In this document: positions 42,727 to 56,656 of the stretch, piece after piece
Position numbering within the stretch: position 1 is the first letter of the stretch
Layout of the letters: the number at the start of each line of letters is the position of its first letter
Assembly: GCA_964016885.1 (NCBI GenBank)
Contig: OZ024750.1
Coordinates: 43,710,001 to 43,774,000 of the forward strand
Direction: 5' to 3'
From: Eledone cirrhosa
Taxonomy: Eukaryota
DNA: 64,000 nt
Made by a program: the position numbers and the translations under genes
Notes under the pieces: model-generated
Told to the model about the DNA's origin: nothing
Databases searched by the model: none
Seen by the model: only the letters and a program-made list of their open reading frames with translations

Positions 42727-43000
42727 TGATGGTAGCTAAGGTGTTTCCATAGGCGGTATGCCGGTTGAGCACTCCATGCTCTTACAGAGCAGAGTATGAT
42801 ATAATATAAAACGAAAGAGTATGACATAATATAAAATGAAGGAATTTGCTCCGATATCATTAGACGTGTCCGTCGAACCTGCAGATCCAGAATCAGACAG
42901 ATCCACACAGTGATCGCGTCTCGAGCTGTCCGCCGGCGAAACAATTGTAACACACAATAAATTGAGTTCAGATGTATCACTGATTTTTCGTTTTATATTA
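42725..43000. mobile_element. Diverged member of the long-stem-II fold-back family
   Basis: CTCGAGCTGTCCGCCGGCGAAACAATTGTAAC is present. The inverted tail GAGCACTC..AGAGCAGAGTATGATAT matches 30752-30790. Confidence 0.6.
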
Positions 43001-43013
43001 TATATATATATAC

Positions 43014-43082
<69 letters not shown>

Positions 43083-43143
43083 AAGACAGAGAAAGAAAGA
43101 GAGAGAGAAAAAGAGAGAGAAAAAGAGAGAGAAAAAGAGAAAG

Positions 43144-43202
<59 letters not shown>

Positions 43203-43789
43203 GAGAGAGGAAGAGGGAGAGAGAGAATAGTAAATTTTGGAGACAGTGGAATATTACATACAGGGAAATAATATTAATGTCTTGTTATTCAATGTAATGA
43301 CTTCATAAAAGATATTACTTCTTACAAATAATGGTGTATGTATGTATGTTGGTATGTACGGGTGTACATATGTCTGTCTATATGTACGGATGTATGTACG
43401 GATGTTGTACGTACGTACGTACGCATCTTTGTGTATATGTTGTATGTACGGATGTATGTATACATGGCTGTATGACTGTCTGTCTGTCTGTATGTATGTC
43501 AGTATGTATGTATGTATGTATGTATGTATGTCAGTATGTGTGTGTGTATGTATGTTCTTCTGGTTTTATAATTTCACCAATTTTTTCCCAATAAAGAGAG
43601 AGTCGGTTTCTAACATAGACACAAGATTTTCTCATTGGAATTTACACAACATCAACTAGATAGATATGTATGCATGCATGTGTAGATATGGATGTTATTG
43701 TATGTGTGGGTGTGAATTTTTTTCAGTTGTACGCGTGCATGTGTATATGCTTTGCATCTGTACATGTGTATATGCCTAGCTTCTCAAGA

Positions 43790-44485
43790 TGTGTATTAAG
43801 GCAGTTACTAACATACTACAGTGCCGCAATAATCAGAGGCATAAATCTGAAGGTGTAATCAGGGTGGAGTATCTGCAGATTTCTCATCAGTTCTGCATAA
43901 ATATTCTCCTTTTCGCTAATCTTTGATATTATATTGGCATTTGCTGCGCAACTAACTTCCACTACTGTGCATGCTTTCTTTTCCCTGTCACATATCATAA
44001 TATCTGGTCTGTTATGCCTGCATTTTATTGGTTTTTTTACTGGAACATTCCACCAGTACTCTTTCATATTATGTATATGGATGTCTTCCACATTGCTGTA
44101 GCTTTTAATGTGTTTATTATCGGGGCTTTTTTTTTCTACGAACTGCATTGTTCAGTGTTTTGCCCACTACATCATGCCTCATAGGTAGATAGTACCACGA
44201 TGACATCTTTGGGCAGCTGCTGATAGCATGGGTGACATCTTCGATGTTAATTCTGCAGAGTCTGCACTTGTTATCACATCTAGGTGTTTTGGCTGGATCC
44301 CTATCTCTTTTGTGAATCAGGTATTTCGTGTTAATTTCCTGTTCTGGGATTGCAAAAGCGTATCCTTAAAAGTGGGAGCCAATATAGCGGTTGTTGGTCC
44401 AAGATAGACTACTTTCCTTATCTATATTACTCTCACTCTGGAGCTTCCTGGCAACATATCCCTGCATAATTTTTTGCTGATAAGC
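43790..44485 (-). pseudogene. Second R4-like LINE fragment (CCHC + restriction-like endonuclease)
   Basis: Motifs EQEINTKY, CRLCRINIEDVTHAISSC, RHD and WWNVPV..HNRPDIMICD..VVEVSC..KENIY. Confidence 0.82.
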
Positions 44486-44940
44486 GTTCTGAGTTCAAAT
44501 CCCGCCGAGGTTACCTTTGTCTTTCACCCTTACGGGGTCGATAAAACAAAGTACCAGTAATACACTGGGGTAATTGTTAGCCTTGCGCCAAAAGTATAAA
44601 CAATTATTAACGGTAGACTTTCGAACCACATGCTGTATGGCATAAAGTTACGACTCTTTACGTTCTGAGTTCAAATCCCGCTGAGGTTAGCTTTGCCTTT
44701 CATCGTTACGGGGTCGATAAAATAAAGTACCAGTAATGTACTGCACCCCCAAAATTGTTGGCCTTGTGCCTAAATCAAACTAATTTGGAAGCAGAAAAGA
44801 AAAACATGTACAACTTCAGAGGAATCATTGTTGATTCCAGACAGGATAACAGATATAAAAGAATATTATTTATAAATAGTTGTTTCTACTTTTGGCACGA
44901 GGCCAGCAATTATCCCAGTGTATTACTGGTACTTTATTTA
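44485..44940. mobile_element. SINE cluster (plus 44485-44608 and 44630-44775; minus tail 44878-44940)
   Basis: B box and central domain repeats. Confidence 0.8.
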
Positions 44941-44989
44941 TTATTAATGTGTTTGTAAAATATAATCTACATAATGAGAATGTTTTATA

Positions 44990-46350
44990 TCATATTGTAT
45001 TGCGGTGTGTGGTGTTGTGTTGTGTAGCGTTGTGTTGTGTAGTGTTGTGTTATGTAGTGTTGTGTGTTGTGTTGTGTGTTGTGAGGCGTTGTGTGTTGTT
45101 ATGTGTTGTGTTGTGTGCGGTGTTGTGTGTTGTTGTGTGTTGTGTTATATTGTGTTGTGTTGTATGTTGTTTAGTGTTGTGGTGTTGTGTTGTTTTGTGT
45201 GTTGTTTAGTGTTGTGGTGTTGTGTTGTGTTGTTTTGTGTGTTATGTTGTGTGGTGTGGTGTGGTGTGTTGTGTGTTGTTGTGTTGTGTGGTGTTGTGTG
45301 TTGTTGTATTGTGTTGTGTTGTATGGTGTTGTGTGTTGTTGTATTGTGTTGTATGGTGTTGTGTGGTGTTGTGTGTTGTGCGGTGTTGTGTTGTGTGTTG
45401 TTGTATTGTGTTGTGTTGTACGGTGTTGTGTGGTGTTGTGTGGTGTTGTGTGTTGTTGTGTTGTTTTGTGTGATAATCAACAACGACATCAACATCATCT
45501 TTATGATCAACAACAACAGTAACAACTACAAACATCATTATTATCAATAATCAACAAAAACATCAACAAAAAACAACATCAAAACAAAATTAACAACACC
45601 GCCATGATCAATATACTCCTCTTTTTGCCCCTCCTCCTCCTCATCATCATAATCATCATCATCATCATCATCCTCATCACCACCACTACGAACATCACCA
45701 ATACCACGACCAACAACAACCACTACCACCACCAACAACAACAACCACTACCACCACTAACAACAACAACCACTACCACCACCAACAACAACAACCTCTA
45801 CCACCACCAACAACCTCTACCACCACCACTAACAACAACAACTACCACCACCACTAACAACAACAGCCACTACCACCACCACTAACAACAACAACAACCA
45901 CTACCACCACCACCACCAACAACCACTACCACCACCACCACTAACAACAACAACCACTACCAACAACAACAACCAGTACCACCACCACTAACAACAACAA
46001 CAACCACTACCACCACCACCAACAACCACTACCACCACCACCACTAATAACAACAACCACTACTAATACCACCACCACCACCACTAACAACAACTACCAC
46101 CACTACCATTACTATCAGTATCTCCAACATCAGTACCATCATTACCATCACAACCACCACCACCACCTACGACCACAACCATCACAACCCGCCCACCACA
46201 CCACCACCACTACACAACCACCACCACCACACCAGCACCACCACACCACCATACCACCACCACCACCACCACACAACCACCACCACCACAGCACCACCAC
46301 ACCACCACCACCATACCACCACCACCACCACCATACCACCACCACCCCTC
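44990..46350. repeat. (GTGTT)n followed by (CAC/CAA)n low-complexity repeats
   Basis: Direct inspection. Confidence 0.9.
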
Positions 46351-46698
46351 CAATCTCATCGTTGCCAAAATAATTTCTCTCCGTAATTTCCAAATTTATA
46401 AAACTGATATAAATAATTAGAAAACAAAGAAGAAAAAAACGAAGAAATAAATAAAACGACACAACAAAAGAAGAAGAAAAAGATGAAATAGCAGAGGAAG
46501 AGAAAGAAAATTAAAAGGGAGAGAGAAACGTGAAGGGATAAGGGGGTCTTTAAAATAGGGTTTAACGGGGAGATAATATGAGAGAGTCGGAATGTCTTAA
46601 AAAAAAAAAGACCCCATAACACAAAATAAGAAACAATTTATAATATTGCACCAAATAACGTTGTTGGTTTTACAAAATGGCCTCGTTGTTAGATGAGA

Positions 46699-46764
<66 letters not shown>

Positions 46765-46786
<22 letters not shown>

Positions 46787-47505
46787 TGTGAGTGACAGAG
46801 TGAGTTAGAGAGAGAATGAGAGAGCGAGAGTGAGTTAGAGAGAGAATGAGAGAGTGAGTTAGAGAGAGAATGAGAGAGTGAGTTAGAGAGAGAATGAGAG
46901 AGTGAGTTAGAGAGAGAATGAGAGAGTGAGTTAGAGAGAGAATGAGAGAGCGAGAGAATGAGAGTGAGTTAGAGAGAGAATGAGAGAGTGAGTTAGAGAG
47001 AGAGAGTGAGTTAGAGAGAGAATGAGAGAGTGAGTTAGAGAGAGTTAGAGAGAGTGAGTTAGAGAGAGAATCAGAGAGTGAGTTAGAGAGAGTGAGTTAG
47101 AGAGAGAATGAGAGAGTGAGTTAGAGAGAGTTAGAGAGAGTGAGTTAGAGAGAGAATCAGAGAGTGAGTTAGAGAGAGTGAGTTAGAGAGAGAATCAGAG
47201 AGTGAGTTAGAGAGAGAGTTAGAGAGAGAATTAGAGAGAGAGTTAGAGAGAGAATGAGTTAGAGAGAGAATGAGAGTGAGTTAGAGAGAGAATGAGAGAG
47301 TGAGTTAGAGAGAGAATGAGAGAGTGAGTTAGAGAGAGAATGAGAGAGTGAGTTAGAGAGAGAGTGAGAGAGTGAGTTAGAGAGAGAATGAGAGAGTGAG
47401 TTAGAGAGAGAGTGAGAGAGTGAGTTAGAGAGAGAATCAGAGAGTGAGTTAGAGAGAGAGTGAGTTAGAGAGAGAATGAGAGAGAGAGTGAGAGAGCGAG
47501 AGAGA
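46765..47505. repeat. GA-rich minisatellite (GAGTGAGTTAGAGAGAGAAT-based)
   Basis: ~24-bp variable unit. Confidence 0.9.
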
Positions 47506-47714
47506 GGTAAATAGATAAAATAATAAATACATTAGTTTCCTACTCCATCTCTCTCTCCCTCTCTCTCTGTAGAAACACGCACTCATTTAATATATATGTA
47601 TATATATATATATACCTGCACACGTAACAAGGCAGAAACGTAACACACACATATATAAGGAACATATGTGTACATATATATGTGTGTGTGTTACTATTAA
47701 TTTACATGTATCTA

Positions 47715-47760
<46 letters not shown>

Positions 47761-47834
47761 TATATTATACATACAGAAAAATATTATGTTTTATATATAT
47801 ATACATATATATCTATTATACCTATATATATATT

Positions 47835-47892
<58 letters not shown>

Positions 47893-47934
47893 ATATATAT
47901 ATATATACATATATATCTATTATACCTATATATG

Positions 47935-48044
<110 letters not shown>

Positions 48045-48294
48045 ATATATATATATATACATGTATACATGAACAGTGGAACAAATCAAATACAAATAAG
48101 CAAGGAAGCCAAGAAATAGAAAACAAATTAGTAGAAAGTAAAATGGAGGGCGGAGGCTGGGACACACACAAAAATAAACAAAAACACAGAAGACATTATA
48201 AAGAGAACCGAAAGGGAAAGTAAAAGTAATTGAAACAACAACAACAACAGCAACAACAGCAACAATACAGAGCTAAGTGAAACAAACACAATAA

Positions 48295-48460
48295 CAAACA
48301 GCCGCCATTTTGTTGAAGAAGCAGGTTTGTTGATAAATGTCGTTTGAGAAAGTAAAGTGGCAATATTATACAACGTATTGCAACGGGTTTAATAGGCATT
48401 GCTGGCGCTTCCGGTTGTTGATCACGTGACCTTAGCTGCGATGCTTCCATTGTAAGAACG
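48295..48460. promoter_or_regulatory. Candidate housekeeping promoter or first exon
   Basis: YY1-type GCCGCCATTTTG (48301), ETS-type CTTCCGG (48408), E-box TCACGTGAC (48422) and a possible donor GTAAG (48452), with locally retained CpG. Confidence 0.5.
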
Positions 48461-48679
48461 CACCGTTTGTTTATTTGTTGTTTGTTTGTTTGTTGTTGTT
48501 GTTACTGCTTTTATCGTCGTTTTTGTTGTTGTTATTGTTATTTATATCGTATTATTGCAAATATCGACTACGATTGGATTGAAAACATAGCTATATATAT
48601 ACATATATATAAAAAATATATAATGATTAGATTGGAGGGTGAGGTGGGGGTGGAGTTTGGATGAGGTCGGATCGGGTTA

Positions 48680-50300
48680 GGTGGGGTGGTGTCGATTGGC
48701 TGGCTGGTTGGTAGGCTGGTTGGCTGGTTCTCTGGTTGGCTGGTTGTTTGGCTGTTTGGTTGGTGGGTTGGTTGGTTGGTTGGTTGGCTGTTTGGTTGGT
48801 GGATTGTTTGGCTGTTTGGGTTGGCTGGTTGGTTGGCTGGTTGGTTGGCTGGTTGGTTGGTGGTTGGTTGGTAGGCTGGTTGACTGGTTCTCTGGTTGGT
48901 TGGTTGCTTGGTTTTGTTGGTTAGCTGGTTGGTTGGTTAGCTGGTTGGTTGGTTGGCTGGTCGGTTGGTCGGTTGGCTGGTCGGTTGGCTGGTCGGTTGG
49001 TTGGTTGGCTGGTCGGTTGGCTGGTTGGTGGGTTGGTTGGCTGGTTGGTAGGCTGGTTCTCTGGTTGGTTGGTTTCGTTGGTTAGCTGGTTGGTTTGCTG
49101 GTTGGTTGCTGTTCGGCTGGTTGGTTGGTTGGCTGGCGGGTTGGTTGGCGGGTTGGTTGGCTGGTCGGTTGGCTGGTCTGTCGGCGGGTTTTTTGGCCGG
49201 TTGGCTGTTTGGCTGGTTGGTGGGCTGGCTGGCTGGTTGGGTGGTTGGTAGGTTTATAGGAAGAGCGGGAAGTATGCAAAGTAAAAAAAAAATGTCAAAT
49301 TGAGAAAGAAGTTCCGTTGATGTTGGATGGAGGAGAAATTAGCGAATTGATTGGTTTTGTTGGTTGGTTTTTATGGTGGTTAGTTTCTGAGGTTATATAT
49401 GTTGTTGTTGGTGGTGGTGTAGTGGAAAGGGAGCTGGTTATTGTGTGGTGGTAAAAAGGGAGCTGGTTATTGTGTGGTGTTATGGAAAGGAGCTGGTTGT
49501 TGTGTGGTGGTAGAAAGGAAGCTGGTTATTGTGTGGTGTTATGGAAAGGAGCTGGTTGTTGTGTGGTGGAAAGGTAGCTGGTTGTTGTGTAGTGTTGTGG
49601 AAAGGAGCTGGTTGTTGTGTGGTGGTAGAAAGAGAGCTGGTTGTTGTGTGGTGTTGTGGAAAGGGGCTGGTTGTTGAGTGGTGGAAAGGGAGCTGGTTGT
49701 TGTGTGGTGTTGTGGAAAGGATCTGGTTGTTGTATGGTGGTAGAAAGAGAGCTGGTTGTTGTGTGGTGTTGTGGAAAGGATCTGGTTGTTGTGTGGTGGT
49801 AGAAAGAGAGCTGGTTGTTGTGTAGTGTTGTGGAAAGGATCTGGTTGTTGTGTGGGGGTAGAAAGAGAGCTGGTCATTGTGTGGTGGTAGAAAGACAGCT
49901 GGTCATTGTGTGGTGTTGGGGAAAGGATCTGGTTGTTGTGTGGTGGTAGAAAGAGAGTTGGTCATTGTGTGGTGTTGTGGAAAGTAGCTGGTTGTTGTGT
50001 GGTGTGGTGGAAAGGGAGCTGGTTCTTGTGAGGTGGTTGTGTGGTGTGGTGGAAAGGCTGCTGGTTGTTGTGTGGTGTGGTGGAAAGAGGGCTGGCTGTT
50101 GTGTGGTGTGGTGGAAAGGGGGCTGGTTGTTGTGTGTTGTAGTGTAGTGTGGTGGAAAGGGAACTGGTTGTTGTGTGGTGTAATGGAAAGGGAGCTGGTT
50201 GTTGTGAGGTGGGGATGTTGTGTAGGGAGCTGGTTGTTGTGTGGTGCGGTGATGGTGGGAAGGGAGCTGGTTGTTGTGTGGTGGAAAGGGGGCTGGTAGT
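48680..50300. repeat. (GGTT/GGCT)n followed by a ~30-bp GTGGAAAGGGAGCTGGTTGTTGTGTG minisatellite
   Basis: Direct inspection. Confidence 0.9.
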
Positions 50301-51485
50301 TGTGAGGCGATGGTTGTGCAGGCTTATGGTTGATTGTGTAGTATTATTGATGGTGGAGGAGGTGTAGTTTTATAGATGGTGGAGGTTGTAGCGTTGGAGG
50401 TGGTGGTGTAGTGTCGTCGGTTGTGTAAGGGATGGTGTAGAGGGTGGAGGTGTGGGTGGGCTGGAGATGGCATGTTGTGGGGTCGTGGTTGAGGGTGAAG
50501 GGTGACGGTGGGGGATGGGATGAGGTGGTGGGGGATGGTAGGGTTCTATGTTAACTTCTATATGGAGTTAGTTGGGGGGTGATTAGGTGAGGGTAGTGGT
50601 GTAGTGTGTGGTGGGGAAATGAGGGTGGAGGTTATTGTAATGTCATTAAGTTGGTGTAATGATGGGGGGTGAGGAAGGGGAGGAGAGACAAACTGTGTAC
50701 AGGTAGAGGTGGGGGTAGTTAGGAGGGGGTGAGAGAAAGAGAAAGGGCATAACAATGAGGAAACGTTTGTAGTAATGCGATTAAGACAATGATTCAGAAA
50801 GTTATTAGTATTTAAGGGATGAAAAAATGGCAATGGTTTGGATAGAGTAGTTGAGGAGGTGAGGGGAGGAGGTGAGGGGGTGGGGATATATAGAGGGAGA
50901 GGGGTTGATAGTTATATGCAAGCATTGACAGATTTATATATAGACACACATACACATATATATATATATTTATACATGTATATATATATAATTGCATATA
51001 TACATATATATATATATATATATACACTTGCATAGTTGTATACACAACAAACATACACACACACATATATATAAAGGTGGTGAGAGGGTGGGATATATAT
51101 ATATATATATATATTTAGAGAGAGAGAGATGTAGAAATACATGAAGATCCACTGAGGTGGTTTGTAGTAAAGGGTGAAAAAAGCAAAATGGAGTCAATTG
51201 AAGTGACTGAACGTAATAATACTAGGAAAGAGAAGAGTGAGGAGAGACAAAATTGGTTTAGGAGGGAGGGAGAAGACAAGGAGAAGGAGAAGAACAGCAA
51301 ATAGGAGACAAAACAAGATCCCTGGAAATTGATCCCTGGAGAAAAACTCCTTAAAGTATTGAACCTATACACATACACACACATATATATATATATATAT
51401 GTGTGTGTGTATATGTGTATAGGTTCAATACTTTAAGGAGTTTTTCTCCCGATCTTGTCTTGATTTGTCTCCTATTTGTTGTTCT

Positions 51486-51529
<44 letters not shown>

Positions 51530-51680
51530 TATATACAAATATACATATATATACAAATATACATATATATATATATATATATATACATATATGTACAAAT
51601 ATACATATATATATATACAAATATACATATATATATATATATACATATATGTACAAATATACATATATATATATATAAAT

Positions 51681-52083
51681 ATACGATATTAACAACTGGA
51701 AACTATATTTATAAAACCATATTTATTCTATTATACATATTTCAAGGACACCACGTTAAATTATGGCATGCTTTCATCAGACAAAATACAATATATATCA
51801 GTTTTATAAATACATGTTGACATACCCTTAAAAATGCAACCATTACTGTTGGAAGCTCCAGGATAGTATACAACTGATATATATTGTATTTTGTCTCATG
51901 AAAGCATACCATAATTTAACGTGGTGTCCTTGAAATATGTATAATAGAATAAACATGGTTTTATAAATATAGTTTCCATTTGTTAATATCGTATGTTTAC
52001 TCCAAAATACTTGTTGAGTGCTTTATATCAGTTATAAAAATATTTGCTTGTTGTATCCCAACAGTTTAAATAGAACTTTTGCG
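51681..52083. mobile_element. Fold-back Naiad-family pLTR; intact minus-strand hammerhead 51724-51788, plus-strand twin mutated (CTCATGA)
   Basis: Arms ~51681-51803 and ~51872-51994, with a tail to 52083. Confidence 0.8.
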
Positions 52084-52160
52084 TATATATATTATAAATA
52101 TATATATATATAAATATTTATTAAAATAACATTAAAGTTTAAGCAAAGTATTATTATTAT

Positions 52161-52199
<39 letters not shown>

Positions 52200-52220
52200 T
52201 ATATATATAAATATATATAA

Positions 52221-52273
<53 letters not shown>

Positions 52274-52432
52274 TATATATAAATATATATATATATAAAT
52301 ATATATATAAATATATATATATATAAAAAAATATATATATATATAAATATATATATATATAAAAATATATATATATATATAAATATAAAGAATGAATAAT
52401 AACATGTAGACACCATAAAAAGGTAATTTATT

Positions 52433-52550
52433 CCGTGTACTTACAAATGTTTCCACGGTGGTACTACAGCCTAGTTAAGCTATTTGCAAATTGACAAGTA
52501 TTTGCAGAACTCAAATATCCAATTCTGTGACTACTGTATCCTCAGAGTAT
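52433..52550 (-). ncRNA. Hammerhead-like motif with ~85-nt branched stem II
   Basis: TACT-CTGAGGA-TAC...GTG-GAAA-CATTTG-TA-AGTA, with internal hairpins CAGAA/TTCTG and TGCAAAT/ATTTGCA. Confidence 0.55.
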
Positions 52551-52780
52551 CCTTATATACACTCCGGAATACAGAAGCATCAGGAACTAAGCTTCTTCAA
52601 CAATTCTTCCATAACTCGTAGAGTAACCTCTCACCGTACGTCAACCATATCCAGTGTAGTAATTAACCATTACTACATCTTGGATAATCCTATACCTAAT
52701 ATATATAAATATATATATATAAATATATAAATATATATATATATATAAATATATATAAATATATAAATATATATAAATAT

Positions 52781-52847
<67 letters not shown>

Positions 52848-52920
52848 ACTATATATATATATATAACTATATATATATATATAACTATATATATATATAT
52901 AACTATATATATATAACTAT

Positions 52921-53005
<85 letters not shown>

Positions 53006-53033
53006 AATATATATAAATATATATATATATATA

Positions 53034-53137
<104 letters not shown>

Positions 53138-53140
53138 AAT

Positions 53141-53171
<31 letters not shown>

Positions 53172-53238
53172 AATATATATATATATAAATATATATATAT
53201 ATAAATATATATATATATAAATATATATATATATAAAT

Positions 53239-53269
<31 letters not shown>

Positions 53270-53900
53270 AATATATATATATATAAATATATATATATAT
53301 AAATATATATATATATAAATATATATATATATAAATATATATATATATAAATACATGTAAAGTTATATTTAAAATTGTTGGGTTACAACTAGTAAATATT
53401 TATAACTGATATAAAAGCACTCGACAAATATTTGGAGTATATTTACAATATTAAATAAATGGAAAACTATATTTATAAAACCATATTTATTTCATTATAT
53501 ATATTTCGGGGATATCATATTAACAATATGCTATGCCTTCATCAGACAAGATACAATATAAACAGTTTTATAGATAAATATATTCGACATACCGTAATAA
53601 ACATCAACTTCATTTGAAGAGGTTTACTCTAGCAGAGAGAAAGAAAGAGAGAAAGAAAAGAGGGAAAAACGAAAGACAGAAAGACAAAACGAAGAGAAGG
53701 AAGAAAAAGAAGAAAAAGAAAAAGAAGAAATGCATGGAACAAAATAGAGAGATGGAAAAATAGATAAAGTGAAGAGCTTCATGTAAAGAGACAGAAAGAT
53801 ATATATATATAGAGAGAGAGGAAATAGAGATAGATACATATATATATATAGAAAATTAGGTAGTGGGAGGTCATTTTGAGTAAGTGTATCAATGATACAT

Positions 53901-53935
<35 letters not shown>

Positions 53936-55212
53936 GCTCAAGTATTAATGTAAGGGAGATATATAGAGAGATATAGAGAGATATAGAGAGAGAAAAAAAT
54001 TTAAAAATATCCAGACATATTCGAGGCGTAGAAAACCCTATGTTTTAATGTATTAGTATTTATATATTTATAAAACTTACACTACACTGTAAATATCAGT
54101 ATTCCTGAATGAAACAAGTATTCACAATGTGTGAAAATTCATTATCTTATGTTTAGTTTTAAAAATTCATATGTCTATGTGACAGCTACAAATCTCAATT
54201 TGAATCCAACTGATTCACTCCGCAAACTCTAAGTTATCGGAAAACATTCTCAATGTGGTATAAAAATTTGAGCGTATTATTATTCTTGCGATTACTCTAC
54301 AAGATTATCTATCAAGCAGAAATAGAGAGCAGATTTCAATATACTAATCGAAAATATATATTATATTATAAACATAATAATAAGTAAAAATATAGAATAG
54401 AAAACTAAAAAAATAAGTAAAAATATAGAATAGAAAACTAAAAAAAAATATTACGAAAGAATATTACATAATAAAAATATTGCATATTAAAAATACTACG
54501 TATTAAAAAATATTACGTATTAAAGATTTACATATAAAAATTTACATATAAAAATATACATATAAAAATTTACATATAAAAATTTACATATAAAAATATA
54601 TAAAAATATAAAAAAAAAAAAAAAAAAAAAATATTAAAAAAATAAATAAAATAAAAATAAAAATATTATAGAATACTACAATACTAAAAGAATAAAAGTA
54701 AAAATAAAAATAAAAATAAAAATAAAAATAAAAATAAAAATAAAAATAAAAATAAAAATAAAAATAAAAATAAAAATAAAAATAAAAATAAAAATAAAAA
54801 TAAAAATAAAAATAAAAATAAAAATGAAAATAAAAATAAAAATAAACCACAAAAAAACAACCCTTCAAAGTTAATTGACAATATATTGCCACGTTCACTA
54901 CAAGACAAAGCCAAAAATTATCTATCAAATCACATCTAGCAAAGAATATCGTAAAAAAGATTATGATGTCCAATTATGTCTACATATGTTCCTATGTTTA
55001 ATATAGAAGTTTATCTAGTGTAAGGTTAATTCAAAAAATTTGGAGCATCGGCTTTTAGGGTAGCTTAATTTTTCATGAGGAATGTTTAGATAAAAATAAA
55101 AATAAATAAAATAAAATAAACAATAAAAAGAGTAAAACGAGGGAATCAAAGATTTAGGAATCAAAAGATTTATCGGCTAGTTCTCATATAAATATAAATC
55201 AAACTAAATATA

Positions 55213-55878
55213 CTACATTTTAAATTTAAATTTATATTTAAACGTTGAGTTTAATCTATGTTTGCAACAACTGAATAGATTTGTCCGTAGGTTAAGGGAG
55301 TTTTTAGATTTTAGTATAAAGAATATCTCCTCTGCACAGAGGTCACATGTCTCAGAGGATGAATTAAAAGGAATCCCTCTTGAGACTATATTCCAAGCCG
55401 TCGAATATCTAACGTTATCTAGCTTAAGTTGCCAGAGTACCCCTGATAGTGCCGTTGAAGATTTTTTATTTGGGTCTGTGAAAGAAATCTTGTGGTTATT
55501 ATAGCGAAGTTTAAATTCCGTCGATGTGGAACCGACGTAGTTAAAAGAATTAGAGTCAGTATTAACATTACAATTGTATACTATATTTTTAACTAAGCAG
55601 TTGTTATTTAACGGACATTTAGATCTATCTCTACAGTTACATTTGTTAACTTGTATATTATTTATGCTATTATCAGTAGGTTTTAAGTTCCTATTATTTA
55701 TTCTATTAATATTTTGTGCTAAACTTTTGGTGGATGAGTAGGTTAATTTAATTGTATGCCTATTGAAGATTGAGTGATACCTATGTGTTCTAGGGAAGCG
55801 ATTATCAAGAGCTTTGAAAAATAATTTAGCGATGTGGGTTTTAATGTTTAGTGAGAAAGGGGGGGGGGGGCAAACCAA
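55213..55878 (-). pseudogene. Naiad-type PLE thumb/linker and GIY-YIG endonuclease fragment
   Basis: Motifs PFSLNIKTHIAKLF, IFNRHTIKLTYS, CNCRDRSKCPLNNNCL..IVY, YVGST..FKLRYNNH..SF, TALS..LWQLK, CDLCAEE and CKHR. Confidence 0.88.
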
Positions 55879-56193
55879 ATTATGTTCCTAGTTCTATTTC
55901 TTTTTTGTCCTTTGGAATTATTGTAATGCTTTCTATTATAGTTGTTAATGTTGTTGCCGTAATTAAAAAAGTTGTTACTTTGTTTAGTTTGTCTATCATT
56001 ATCTATGTATACAATCTTATCAGCATACCCTGCCCTAGCTAGTGCATCATTATAGTATTGGGCCTTTTCGTCAAAAATCTTTCTATTCGACGAGATCCTA
56101 GAGATCGAATATGTCTGGATATTTTTAAATTTTTTTCTCTCTCTATATCTCTCTATATCTCTCTATATATCTCCCTTACATTAATACTTGAGC

Positions 56194-56232
<39 letters not shown>

Positions 56233-56590
56233 ATGTATCATTGATACACTTACTCAAAATGACCTCCCACTACCTAATTTTCTATATATATATATGTATC
56301 TATCTCTATTTCCTCTCTCTCTCTATATATATATCTTTCTGTCTCTTTACATGAAGCTCTTCACTTTATCTATTTTTCCATCTCTCTATTTTGTTCCATG
56401 CATTTCTTCTTTTTCTTTTTCTTCTTTTTCTTCCTTCTCTTCGTTTTGTCTTTCTTTCTTTCGTTTTTCCCTCTTTTCTTTCTCTCTTTCTTTCTCTCTG
56501 TATTTTCACTGCTAGAGTAAACCTCTTCAAATGAAGTTGATGTTTATTACGGTATGTCGAATATATTTATCTATAAAACTGTTTATATTG

Positions 56591-56656
56591 TATTTTGTCT
56601 GATGAAGGCATAGCATATTGTTAATATGATATCCCCGAAATATATATAATGAAATA
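56591..56656 (+). ncRNA. pLTR type I hammerhead
   Basis: TATTTTGT-CTGATGA-AGGCATAGCATATT..AATATGATATCCCC-GAAA-TATATA-TA-ATGAAATA. Confidence 0.7.

Noticed and set aside
46765-47505. Interstitial telomeric repeat
   Set aside because: The motif is TTAGAG within GA runs, not tandem TTAGGG.
55213-55878. Selenoprotein-encoding Naiad
   Set aside because: There is no in-frame TGA in the visible ORF, and the conserved cysteines use normal codons.
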